A stretch of DNA of 64,000 nt, taken from assembly GCA_965220015.1 (NCBI GenBank), contig OZ244798.1, forward strand, positions 1,954,063 to 2,018,062, in the 5' to 3' direction. The DNA is from Chloroflexota bacterium (GTDB taxonomy: Bacteria; Chloroflexota; UBA11872; VXOZ01). Shown here piece by piece: positions 37,176 through 46,028 of this stretch. The translations under genes and the position numbers were made by a program. The notes beneath the pieces are model-generated. The model was not told where the DNA came from. It worked only from the letters and a program-made list of their open reading frames with translations, and did no database searches. Within the stretch, counting starts at the first letter, position 1. The number at the start of each line of letters is the position of its first letter.

Positions 37176-40076
37176 TTGCCAAAGGTGGCTTGGCGAAGGT
37201 ATCTCTCTACTTGCATTCGCCTATTTGTCGCAATGGCGGTGGCCTTGCGCTTTTCTCTGGGAGCCGCAATAGCCGATGACTCCGTGGTCATCAATGAGAT
37301 CTTTCCGGATGCTGCCGGTGAAGCCACGAGTTGGGTCGAGCTCTACAACACGAGCAATGCCACCATTAGCTTGAGCTTTTGGCAGCTTGTGTACGGCAGC
37401 GGCTCTGACGAAGTGGCCTACGACTTCCCGTTTGAAGCGTCCATTGCGCCGGGCGGATATCTGGTACTCGAACGGAATGACACATTTCTTGTATTGGGAA
37501 AGACCGGCAGCCTGCGGCTGCGCGCACTAGACCTCGATACCTTTGCATACAGTGAAGTTGATCAGATCGACTATGCAATAGGCGATGACGGCGTTGCTTT
37601 CGCGCGCATACCGGATGGATCGAATAACTGGCAGACGGTCTCCACACATAGCAAGGGTGAGTCTAATCCCGCGCCTACACCAACACCAACACCCTCGCCG
37701 ACACCGTCACCCACGCCAACTCCGTCACCTTCGCCGACGCCTTCTCCTACACCGTCGCCAACACCCCCGCCTTCTCCTACGCCGACCCCTACTCCTTCGC
37801 CCACACCATCGCCGACGCCAACACCTACGCCTTCGCCAACACCGTCACCTACGCCAATACCTACGCCGACACCCTCGCCAACGCCAACTCCGTCTCCCAC
37901 GCCGTCACCAACACCCCTGATTACCCCAAGTCCTCCGCCTTCCCCTTCTCCGTCGCCGAGTCCAGTTCCAACTCCCACTCTCACCGCAACGCCAACGCCA
38001 ACTCCCTCTCCTACACTGACACCTTCACCGACGCCAACCCTCACGCCGTCGCCAACGCCATCACCAACGCCAAGTGTCTGTGCGAGCGCCACCGGCAACC
38101 CCGTCTTCTTCAACGAAATCGTACCCAGCGTTTCTATTGAACGATCCGGCTGGGTGGAGCTGTACAACGGCCATTCCGAGCGCGTGGATGTTTCTTGCTG
38201 GTACCTCAAGGCCGGAAGCGGCCCCGGTAGCGCATCATATCCGCTTCCAGTCGAAACGTACATCGGCGCCAAGGGTTTCTTGGTGGTGGAAGAGTGCAAA
38301 GCTAACGCTCCTGCTCCTCAAGGCTGCCTGCCATTCCCCATACTTGTAAGCGACGGGCGCGTAGTTCTCCTTCTCACTGACGCGGAGGGCGCGACAGTGG
38401 CAATGGTGGACGAGCGAATTCCTGAGGGAAAACTGGGAATTGCACGAATCCCGGACGGCACAGGCGACTGGCTGCCTAACACTCATCCGACCAAAGATGC
38501 GTCAAACGTGGCGCCAACTCCTACCCCTTTGCCGAAACCCACTGCAAGACCTGAACCAAGGCCGCCACCACCTACTGCTATACCCCGTCCCACACCGCCT
38601 TTGCCACTCTTCCTGCGCATCACTGAGATCTACTACGACGGCCAAGCGCCACGCACGGAAGGCGACGAGTTCATCGAAATCCAAAATCAAGGAACCGCGC
38701 TGGCGCACCTGGCCCGCGTGCGCATATTGATCAAAGGCGCGCAGGCCAATAATCCGGTAGCCTATGGCTTCCCCTCTGACAATGTGCTGTCCCCGGGCGA
38801 TGTCTTTGTCATTGCCAAGAATGCCCGCCAGTTTGCGGAGAGGTTCGGCTTTCCGCCGAGCTTTGAAGCGCGCGCGTCGGGAGCGGGATACGAGGATACG
38901 GCGGAAGTACGCAACTTGCCCCATGATCGCGGCGTATCGCGATTCTCGTGGGCGCTAGCCAATTCCGGTGCAACTGTCGCTCTAATTGGGGATAACGGTG
39001 AAGTAATCGACGCAATTGCCTATGGACATGACCCCAACGGCTACCTGGGACTCCATGGGAGATTTCCGTCCGCATCCGGCGGTCAGTCTCTCCTGCGAGT
39101 CGCCGGAGAGGGCTCCGGCGCAAGGATGCCCGACGCTCTCATTCCTGATACACCCTCGCCGGGATCTGTTCCGCCAGCTCCCACTCCCACACCGATCAGG
39201 TCAATCCCAACGGCGACACCGCTGCCTCCTGTTGTCCCCTTACTCCCGCCAACGCCGAGCCCAATGCCAAGCCCATCGCCGAGCCCTTCACCCGCGCCCA
39301 CGCCGCTGCCCACGACAGTGCCGCCGACGGCAGTCCCACCTGCTACTCCGTCGCCCCGGCCTACGCCGCGTCCAACGGCTGCGCCCTTGCCCCCGCTGCC
39401 GACCCCTACGGCGGTGGTCCTGCGATGCATTACCGACATTCCTCCCCTCGTGCCGCCGCGCCATGTATACGTAAGGGGAAGTGTCACGGAGGTCAGGCCG
39501 CTGCCGGAAGAGACCCGCGTCTTCATCGCCGACAACTGTGGCGGCGCAGTCTTGCACCTGGATGTTAGCGGCCGGTCTCCGCCCACCGGCAGTCGCATAG
39601 GCTTCGCTGCCCTTGGCTCGCGGAGCGGCACGCAGATAGATCTCTATCCCACGCTCGAAACAGAAATCGCGCACTTGCCCGGAACCCAACGGCCGCGGGC
39701 AGTTCCTTTCTTGCAAGCCCTGATTGAACGCGCCCCAACCGGCACACGCGTGCGCGCTGAGGCAAGCATCTCACAGACGAGCGATTTCACGGGGAGGACC
39801 ATCTATGAGGTCTCATCAAGCTATATCAGGCTCGATCCCCATGCCCTGGCAGTTCCCAGCGGCCCCGCCATCTTCTATGGAATCTTGGAGTGGGATGAGA
39901 TGAAACCGCTACTTCGCGTCCACTACCTCGCTCCGGCCGAGGAAACCAGATCTACGCTAAAGGAGACGCTGCAGAACTGGAAAGTTACCCGCGTTGCTAC
40001 GAATTTCATGCGAGACATAGCCGAATACCTCCTAGTAAAATCACTCACACGAGGGAAAAGCATGGCACTGCCTTGA
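37176..40076 (+). CDS. Large secreted/cell-surface protein with three lamin-tail domains (LTD) separated by Pro/Thr/Ser-rich linkers and a C-terminal domain of unknown function.
   Basis: Signal peptide [38 protein letters not shown] motifs VVINEIFPD...[15 protein letters not shown]...[16 protein letters not shown]...FIEIQN. Long PTPSPTP tracts. TTG start with AGGAG upstream. Confidence 0.7.
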   Translation: MPKVAWRRYLSTCIRLFVAMAVALRFSLGAAIADDSVVINEIFPDAAGEATSWVELYNTSNATISLSFWQLVYGSGSDEVAYDFPFEASIAPGGYLVLERNDTFLVLGKTGSLRLRALDLDTFAYSEVDQIDYAIGDDGVAFARIPDGSNNWQTVSTHSKGESNPAPTPTPTPSPTPSPTPTPSPSPTPSPTPSPTPPPSPTPTPTPSPTPSPTPTPTPSPTPSPTPIPTPTPSPTPTPSPTPSPTPLITPSPPPSPSPSPSPVPTPTLTATPTPTPSPTLTPSPTPTLTPSPTPSPTPSVCASATGNPVFFNEIVPSVSIERSGWVELYNGHSERVDVSCWYLKAGSGPGSASYPLPVETYIGAKGFLVVEECKANAPAPQGCLPFPILVSDGRVVLLLTDAEGATVAMVDERIPEGKLGIARIPDGTGDWLPNTHPTKDASNVAPTPTPLPKPTARPEPRPPPPTAIPRPTPPLPLFLRITEIYYDGQAPRTEGDEFIEIQNQGTALAHLARVRILIKGAQANNPVAYGFPSDNVLSPGDVFVIAKNARQFAERFGFPPSFEARASGAGYEDTAEVRNLPHDRGVSRFSWALANSGATVALIGDNGEVIDAIAYGHDPNGYLGLHGRFPSASGGQSLLRVAGEGSGARMPDALIPDTPSPGSVPPAPTPTPIRSIPTATPLPPVVPLLPPTPSPMPSPSPSPSPAPTPLPTTVPPTAVPPATPSPRPTPRPTAAPLPPLPTPTAVVLRCITDIPPLVPPRHVYVRGSVTEVRPLPEETRVFIADNCGGAVLHLDVSGRSPPTGSRIGFAALGSRSGTQIDLYPTLETEIAHLPGTQRPRAVPFLQALIERAPTGTRVRAEASISQTSDFTGRTIYEVSSSYIRLDPHALAVPSGPAIFYGILEWDEMKPLLRVHYLAPAEETRSTLKETLQNWKVTRVATNFMRDIAEYLLVKSLTRGKSMALP
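37674..38090 (+). repeat. Coding low-complexity repeat (CCN-ACN-CCN-TCN codons) encoding the PTPSPTP linker 1 of the LTD protein.
   Basis: Visible codon-level periodicity. Generates spurious Gly-rich antisense ORFs. Confidence 0.8.
39140..39440 (+). repeat. Second Pro/Thr/Ser/Ala-rich linker-encoding low-complexity repeat in the LTD protein.
   Basis: [14 protein letters not shown]...[13 protein letters not shown] tract. Confidence 0.75.
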
Positions 40077-40229
40077 GTGACAGTGTGAGAGCGAGACTGC
40101 GGCCTCTGAAGACGCGTCGCGCCGGTTCTTAGCGCAATACACCGAGCGTAAGATACAAGGTGCATTGGCGCGAGAGAAGTAGGAGCGATGGGGGGGGGGA
40201 TTCGTCAAGCCACTCAGACGGCTGAATAG

Positions 40230-40982
40230 CTAACTCCCGGCACCAAATAGGCGCCTGGCATTGAGGTGCGCGATAGCTTCCCTGGCGCTAGCGGAGATCT
40301 CCGCCTTTTCCAGTTTGGCGATGCCGCAAGCCGGATACTGCAGCGGAATGCCGACACCCAGCAGGACTCGGTCCACAGCGGCTTGCGCAACCAACTGGGC
40401 AATGCCGCCCAGGCCCTGCAGGCACGAAGTCTCCAACCAGACGTTGGGATGGGCATTGTTGAGGCGAATGCCGCTCCAGGTCTCTTCACCGTAATTCAAG
40501 CCGTGCAGCACGAATTGCACCCCCGGATATTGCGCAAAGAGGTATTCGAAAGGGCCTACGGCGGCAACTGCGAACGACCAGTCCATGATGGGGCGCATTG
40601 CCAACGTCACCACTAACCCACTCTCCTGGGCAGCCGCGCACAGCGGCTCGAGCTGTTGCGGTGTTGTGTTGTAGTGCATGCTGGGATAGCAGCGCACTCC
40701 CTTCGCGCCAGCCGCCGCGTAATCGCTGAGCAAGGCGGCGTTCGCGGGAAATGTGCTATCGATTGTGACAAAGGGAATGAGACGGCCGGCGGAATTTGCG
40801 GCCGCCGCAAGCACGTCGTCGTTGCCAAGGCGCCAGTCGGACTGCAGCGCGCGCGTCGAACCCACCACTGCGCGCTCGATGCCATGTGCGTCCATGAGGG
40901 CAACTACGTCAGACGCAGTGCGCTCTTTGAGCGGCCAGTAGCCCCAAGCTCCGACAAACCCCGAAACATCCCAGACTGTCAT
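40230..40982 (-). CDS. Amidohydrolase-2 family (PF04909-like) metal-dependent hydrolase.
   Basis: TIM-barrel amidohydrolase-2 signatures. Paralogous to the adjacent gene. Confidence 0.65.
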   Translation of the reverse strand: MTVWDVSGFVGAWGYWPLKERTASDVVALMDAHGIERAVVGSTRALQSDWRLGNDDVLAAAANSAGRLIPFVTIDSTFPANAALLSDYAAAGAKGVRCYPSMHYNTTPQQLEPLCAAAQESGLVVTLAMRPIMDWSFAVAAVGPFEYLFAQYPGVQFVLHGLNYGEETWSGIRLNNAHPNVWLETSCLQGLGGIAQLVAQAAVDRVLLGVGIPLQYPACGIAKLEKAEISASAREAIAHLNARRLFGAGS

Positions 40983-41004
40983 TGCGCTCCTTACCTCTAC
41001 CCAG

Positions 41005-41742
41005 CTATGCCTCGCACGCCAGCAGGCGTGCCATGTTGCCGCCGAATATCAGGTCCTTGTCGGCCTGGCTGATGGCGGCGCCGCTGACGCGCGCCATTTG
41101 CACGCTCACTTCCAATAACGGCATGTCCGTACCGAAGATGATGCGCTCCGCGCCAATGCGACTGATCGTGTATTCCAAAGACCCGTTGTTCACTGCACTG
41201 CTGGCCGTCTCCAGCAGCAATGATGGATTGCGTTCCGCGGCCTGCACGGCGCGCATCCAGTCGCCACGAGCCAACGCAGTGTTTCCTGAATGCGCCATCA
41301 TGAGAAAAGCCTCCGGCACGCGCGCGGCCATTACCTCGCACTCTTCGCCGGTGGAATGCGCCAAGATGGGCATCCGGTGCGAGGCTGCCCGCTCCAGGAC
41401 GGGAAAAACGGAAGGCCGCACTAACGGGATCATGGGATACGAGTAGATCTTTATGCCCCGCATGCCATACTCATTCACGCAGCGATCGATTTCTTCAAGA
41501 GCGCCGTTATCGAAGTTCATCGTAGGAATGCTCACGTACCCCATCAGCCTATCCGGATGCCGGCGTATCGCCTTGCCCAAGGTGTCATTCCCTTCACGCA
41601 TGTCGTGCACCAGCGCCGTAAAGTCGGTGACAAATAGCTTATCAATGCCGTTTACGTCCGCCAGGCGCAGGAGATCGTCGGCGTTCGCGCTGAAATTGTA
41701 AGCAGTGGATACGCCCACGTGCACATGTGCATCGATTATCAT
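41005..41742 (-). CDS. Amidohydrolase-2 family metal-dependent hydrolase.
   Basis: N-terminal MIIDAHVHVG metal-binding HxH motif, internal AHSG and C-terminal FGTDMP motifs. Confidence 0.7.
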   Translation of the reverse strand: MIIDAHVHVGVSTAYNFSANADDLLRLADVNGIDKLFVTDFTALVHDMREGNDTLGKAIRRHPDRLMGYVSIPTMNFDNGALEEIDRCVNEYGMRGIKIYSYPMIPLVRPSVFPVLERAASHRMPILAHSTGEECEVMAARVPEAFLMMAHSGNTALARGDWMRAVQAAERNPSLLLETASSAVNNGSLEYTISRIGAERIIFGTDMPLLEVSVQMARVSGAAISQADKDLIFGGNMARLLACEA

Positions 41743-41919
41743 TGCAGCTCATCTCCTTGTGTGAACAGGCTAGCAGAGCCTATCCCGCAACGCAATCACG
41801 TGCCCGCGGGCAGTTCCGGTATACTAGAGTGCAGGTCTTGTGCAGTAATTCGCAACGTGCTGATCGCAGCGTGTCACCCGGTAGTCTACTAGTGCTTGGC
41901 GTTCAATTGAGAAAGGTGA

Positions 41920-42747
41920 GTGGGAACTATGAAGAAGGCTGTGTGCGGTAACTGTTTTGGCAGTGGCTTTCCACTGAGAGACGCAATGGCTATGGCGAAA
42001 GCGGCCGGGTTCGAAGGCATCGAACCAAGTCTCACTATGGACGCAGAGATCACTACGAGCACGTCGGAGGATGATCTTAAGCGCCTGCGCGACTATGCGG
42101 AGCAGACCGTCGAGATTCACGGCCTCATGGGCGGTCAGCCGATTCGCAGCGCGCCGCTTACTACAGTAGACAAGGACCAGCTAAGACAGGGTGTAGAAAA
42201 TATCGCCAGTGCCCTGCGGGTGGTGAAGATTCTCGGCGGCACCAGTCTGCTGGTCGTGCCCGGCACCATTAGCAAGGATGTCCGCTATGACGTCGCCTAT
42301 GAAGGCACGCTGGAAGGATTGAAGCAAGTTGCGCCCATCGCCGAAGACCTGCAAATTGCCGTAGCGGTAGAGAACGTCTGGAATAAGTTTCTGCTATCGC
42401 CGCTGGAAATGCGTAACCTGATTGACGAAGTGAACAGCCCGTATGTGGGCTGCTATTTCGACGTGGGGAATTTCTTGGGTTGGGCGATTCCGCAGCACTG
42501 GATTGAAATCGTCGCCCACCGCATTAAGAAGGTACACGTCAAAGACTTCAAGGTGGATGTTGGCAATCGGCACGGATTTGTGACTCTCTTGCAGGGTGAC
42601 GTAGACTGGAAGGCGGTGCGGGCGTCGTTGCGCGCAGTCGGCTATGACAGCTACCTGTCTGCTGAGATTCCGCTCCATGACGTTTTTCCCGAAAAGAGCC
42701 TGCTGGATATTAGCACCAGCCTGGACACCATTATCGCAAGTGCGTAG
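41920..42747 (+). CDS. Sugar phosphate isomerase/epimerase (xylose isomerase-like TIM barrel).
   Basis: Family motifs GFEGIE, VAVENV, FDVGNF. Confidence 0.7.
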   Translation: MGTMKKAVCGNCFGSGFPLRDAMAMAKAAGFEGIEPSLTMDAEITTSTSEDDLKRLRDYAEQTVEIHGLMGGQPIRSAPLTTVDKDQLRQGVENIASALRVVKILGGTSLLVVPGTISKDVRYDVAYEGTLEGLKQVAPIAEDLQIAVAVENVWNKFLLSPLEMRNLIDEVNSPYVGCYFDVGNFLGWAIPQHWIEIVAHRIKKVHVKDFKVDVGNRHGFVTLLQGDVDWKAVRASLRAVGYDSYLSAEIPLHDVFPEKSLLDISTSLDTIIASA

Positions 42748-42942
42748 GCTCGCACTAATTCGAAATCTCAATTCTCGCATTTGGCGCGCTCACAACTAAG
42801 GGAGTGCGCGCCGACTTGCCGGTAAGGCAACTCTGCGAGAAGACTTGCCTGCAACGGAATGCCGCCGTCAGGATACGTCTAGGGGCGCGAACGTATTCTG
42901 CTGGCGGCATTATATTGTGCCTCGCCGGGGTTGCCTTGCTTG

Positions 42943-43308
42943 CTACTGCGCCCGGATTACGTTGCCGTCCGGGTCGAGTTCCACAATCCGAAACGCCCTC
43001 CCGGCACGATACGATTGGCACTGATTCTCAGGCAAGTCGTCTTCTGCTGTTCGCGGCACGTGCACGATGTCGGCAGCCCAACCTTCAATTAACTCCTCTG
43101 CCAGACACGGTCCCTTAGAGAAGTCCACTCCATCCGCTCTCTGCTGCGCGTAGAGCGCTTGCGCCTGCGCGACCGCTCGTTCGCGTTCTGCTACGAGGTC
43201 TTCACCCGAACCTGCCAATTGCACGAGCACGAAAATGAAGAGGAAGACAAGGGCGAATGCAACGACGAGCGGCAGCGCCCGATAGCGAATGACGTCGCCT
43301 ACTTTCAC
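42943..43308 (-). CDS. Small N-terminally membrane-anchored hypothetical protein, co-transcribed with the sulfatase gene.
   Basis: Single N-terminal TM (LPLVVAFALVFLFIFVLV). Start overlaps the sulfatase stop by 4 nt. Confidence 0.4.
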   Translation of the reverse strand: MKVGDVIRYRALPLVVAFALVFLFIFVLVQLAGSGEDLVAERERAVAQAQALYAQQRADGVDFSKGPCLAEELIEGWAADIVHVPRTAEDDLPENQCQSYRAGRAFRIVELDPDGNVIRAQ

Positions 43309-44891
43309 TCTGCTTCACCCTTGAATTGGTAATTTTGCCACTGAGCGCGCTGCCGGGCGTCCACGGGATAGCTCTGCGTCCAGCGAGCGTACTGCCAACC
43401 GCGTCCTACCCTCTCTTTGTCTTCCATTTCATCCAGTCGGAGCCAGGCGTGAGTTGGTTGCGGGTAGAGCGCCCAGTCGCCGCCGTCCAGCGGGTCAGTG
43501 TACTGAGTTGCGCGGAAGTGGGCGAAGAGCGCTTCTTTCAGCTCCTGCTTCACCTCAGAGAGACCCGGTTCGTGGGCGTGGTTTACCAGTTCATTGCCGC
43601 CGTCACGGTAGTTGAGCAATATCTCCATGCGGTCCGGCGCGCTGTAGATGTACTTCCACTCCTCATTCAGCGCACAGTACATGCCTTGCGCTTTTTCCTT
43701 TATCTGGCCGAATAGGTAGGGCCTCCCCGGTGCGGCGCCGTCCTGCGCTGCCGCAAGCAGTGAGCTGCCATCAATTTCCGGACTCTGCAGTTTCAGACCT
43801 GCGGCGGCGCTCATAGTGGGAGTAACGTCCTGCAAGCCAACCAAGTGCTCGCGCACCTCACCCTCCGGCAACGTTCCCGGCCATGAGAGGACAAAGGGAA
43901 TGTGGCAAGCAGGCTCATGAAAATTACGTTTGCCAAAAGCAAAGTGATCGCCAAGATACTCGCCGTGATCGGCAACGAACATGATCAGAGTGTTCTCACG
44001 CTGTTGTGTGGCATCCAAGGCTTCCAGGATTTCGCCAACCCAGCTATCGACGAATGAAACGCAAGAAAAGTAGTAGGCCTTCATCGTGCGCAGCAAGTTG
44101 TCATCGGGAAAGAGGTCCATCCACTTACTGCGATTCTGGCTCCGCTGAAACCACGTATGCCAGGCGATTTCATTCCGGCTGCGCACCGGCAAGGGCATGT
44201 CGGTACTGCGATAGAGGCGATGCCAAGGCGACGGCGGATCGAACGGTGGGTGCGGCTTGATAAACGAGGTCCAGCAGAAGAACGGCGCAGCTTCATGGGC
44301 ACGCTCCTCGATAAAGTCGATGGTGCGCCGCGCCGTCCACGCTGTGGTGTGCAGTTGTTCGGGCAATTGGGAAACTTGAGGAATATAGTAGAGCTCATGC
44401 CGAATGCCATGCGGCTCTTCCACGTGGCCGTAGCCGGCTGCCAAGACCTCTTGCAAGAACTCATCGTCTTCGACGCGGCGCGGCACTTCCTCGCTCAGCC
44501 ACATGCGGTCGAAGCCATGGTGTTCGCGCACCGGAGAAAAGTGCATCTTGCCAACGGCCTGCGTGAAATACCCCGCAGCGCGCAACCGAGACATCAACGT
44601 AGGCTGGTCCGCCGGGAGGGGATAGCCGTTATCGTAGATGCCGGTGCGTTGCGGAAGCTGCCCTGTCATGCAGATCGCGCGCGCTGAAACACAAACGGGT
44701 GACTCAGTATACCCGTACGCAAAGCGCACGCCCTCTGCGCACAAGCGGTCAAGGTTGGGAGTCTGAATCCATTCGTTGCCGGCGGCGCGCAGCGCATCGA
44801 AGCGCAGTTGATCGCACATTATGAGCAAGAGATTTGGTCGAGCGTCAGGCATGATTAGTCCTTTCCATGAGCGTCGAAATACCTTATCCAA
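43305..44891 (-). CDS. Sulfatase-family (alkaline phosphatase superfamily) enzyme, apparently cytoplasmic, with a non-canonical active-site motif.
   Basis: NLLLIMCDQLR N-terminus, active-site region ESPVCVSARAICMTGQLP (C-V-S-A-R in place of C-x-P-x-R), GKMHF. No signal peptide. Confidence 0.75.
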   Translation of the reverse strand: MDKVFRRSWKGLIMPDARPNLLLIMCDQLRFDALRAAGNEWIQTPNLDRLCAEGVRFAYGYTESPVCVSARAICMTGQLPQRTGIYDNGYPLPADQPTLMSRLRAAGYFTQAVGKMHFSPVREHHGFDRMWLSEEVPRRVEDDEFLQEVLAAGYGHVEEPHGIRHELYYIPQVSQLPEQLHTTAWTARRTIDFIEERAHEAAPFFCWTSFIKPHPPFDPPSPWHRLYRSTDMPLPVRSRNEIAWHTWFQRSQNRSKWMDLFPDDNLLRTMKAYYFSCVSFVDSWVGEILEALDATQQRENTLIMFVADHGEYLGDHFAFGKRNFHEPACHIPFVLSWPGTLPEGEVREHLVGLQDVTPTMSAAAGLKLQSPEIDGSSLLAAAQDGAAPGRPYLFGQIKEKAQGMYCALNEEWKYIYSAPDRMEILLNYRDGGNELVNHAHEPGLSEVKQELKEALFAHFRATQYTDPLDGGDWALYPQPTHAWLRLDEMEDKERVGRGWQYARWTQSYPVDARQRAQWQNYQFKGEAE

Positions 44892-45473
44892 GAATGAACT
44901 CTGGCATTAATTTAAGTGGATTACGCGGACCGGCCGCGAGCCGCCAAGACATATTGTTCCAACCGCGCACGGTTCTCTCAAAGTGAGCATGTTCCCGGAG
45001 AAATCCATGCCGTAGAAAAGTTGTCAGCCAGTACTGAATTATGCTAATTTACTATGCGTTGTTCGCTGCGCAGTTCGCGGAGAACTTTCGCGGTTTGAAG
45101 TCCCGAATTCCTAGTTGTATTCTAGCTTTTCTGTGCCTTTCATGGCACTACAGCGGGCTAGTCGTCGGTTCATTTGCATCTTGTGTAGCCATCAGTATAA
45201 TAGACCGAGGTGCGCGCAGAGACGAAGTTGCAAGTCTTGACCGAGCGGCATTGTTACGACGTTGCGAGTACAACACATACCTTGGAGAGAGCACCAGTTC
45301 GTGACGGATCGGCTAGCCCGCAAATTGTCGCAGGTTGATCACCCTGGCGTCTCGCCAGGGAGTTTAATGTCTATAGTGACCCCGGACATTTGCTACGTGA
45401 TGGTTGAATCCACTCTTCGCTTCGCGAGACAAGAGCTGAGCGTTCCTGCTATTTCGTCCTGTCTTCGAGGAGA

Positions 45474-46019
45474 ATGGCGATGACCACTGGCGCCATGCGC
45501 ATTACAATTGGCGCACTAGTAGTCGTGCTCGGTCTCGTCATCATAGGCGCCGTTGCTTGGGTGACCCTGAGTTCTGACGGCCCGGAGCAACCCATCGAGT
45601 TTATGCACTCGGTGCACGTTGAGCAGAATGACATCGATTGCCAGTTCTGTCACCGCAATGTTGAAACCGGCGCCGAGGCAACCATTCCTGCAGTGGAACA
45701 GTGCATGATCTGCCATAAGGTCATCAACGGCGAGAACCCGAAGGTTACCAACCCCTTGCACAGGGCCGAAATAGCTAAGTTGCAGGCGCACTGGGAGAAT
45801 AGGGAACCGATCGATTGGGTCCGCGTGCATGTAATGCCGGACCACGTGCGTTTTGTCCATGCTGCGCACATCAAAGCAGGTTTCGATTGTGCTACGTGTC
45901 ACGGCGACGTTGGCTCGATGGAACGAGTGAAACAGGTGCGCTTACTGAATATGGGAGACTGCGTAGGCTGTCACCGTGAGAACAATGCGCCGACTGACTG
46001 CACGATCTGTCACCGCTAG
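45474..46019 (+). CDS. actA: Alternative complex III subunit ActA (pentahaem cytochrome c).
   Basis: N-terminal TM anchor and five CxxCH motifs (CQFCH, CMICH, CATCH, CVGCH, CTICH). Confidence 0.8.
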   Translation: MAMTTGAMRITIGALVVVLGLVIIGAVAWVTLSSDGPEQPIEFMHSVHVEQNDIDCQFCHRNVETGAEATIPAVEQCMICHKVINGENPKVTNPLHRAEIAKLQAHWENREPIDWVRVHVMPDHVRFVHAAHIKAGFDCATCHGDVGSMERVKQVRLLNMGDCVGCHRENNAPTDCTICHR

Positions 46020-46028
46020 AGGAATACG

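Noticed and set aside
37571-38299. Long minus-strand ORF (242 aa, Gly/Val/Glu-rich) and similar antisense ORFs at 39083-39716
   Set aside because: They are antisense shadows of the Pro/Thr linker-encoding codon repeats of the LTD gene. They have no start context and the low-complexity translation is an artifact.
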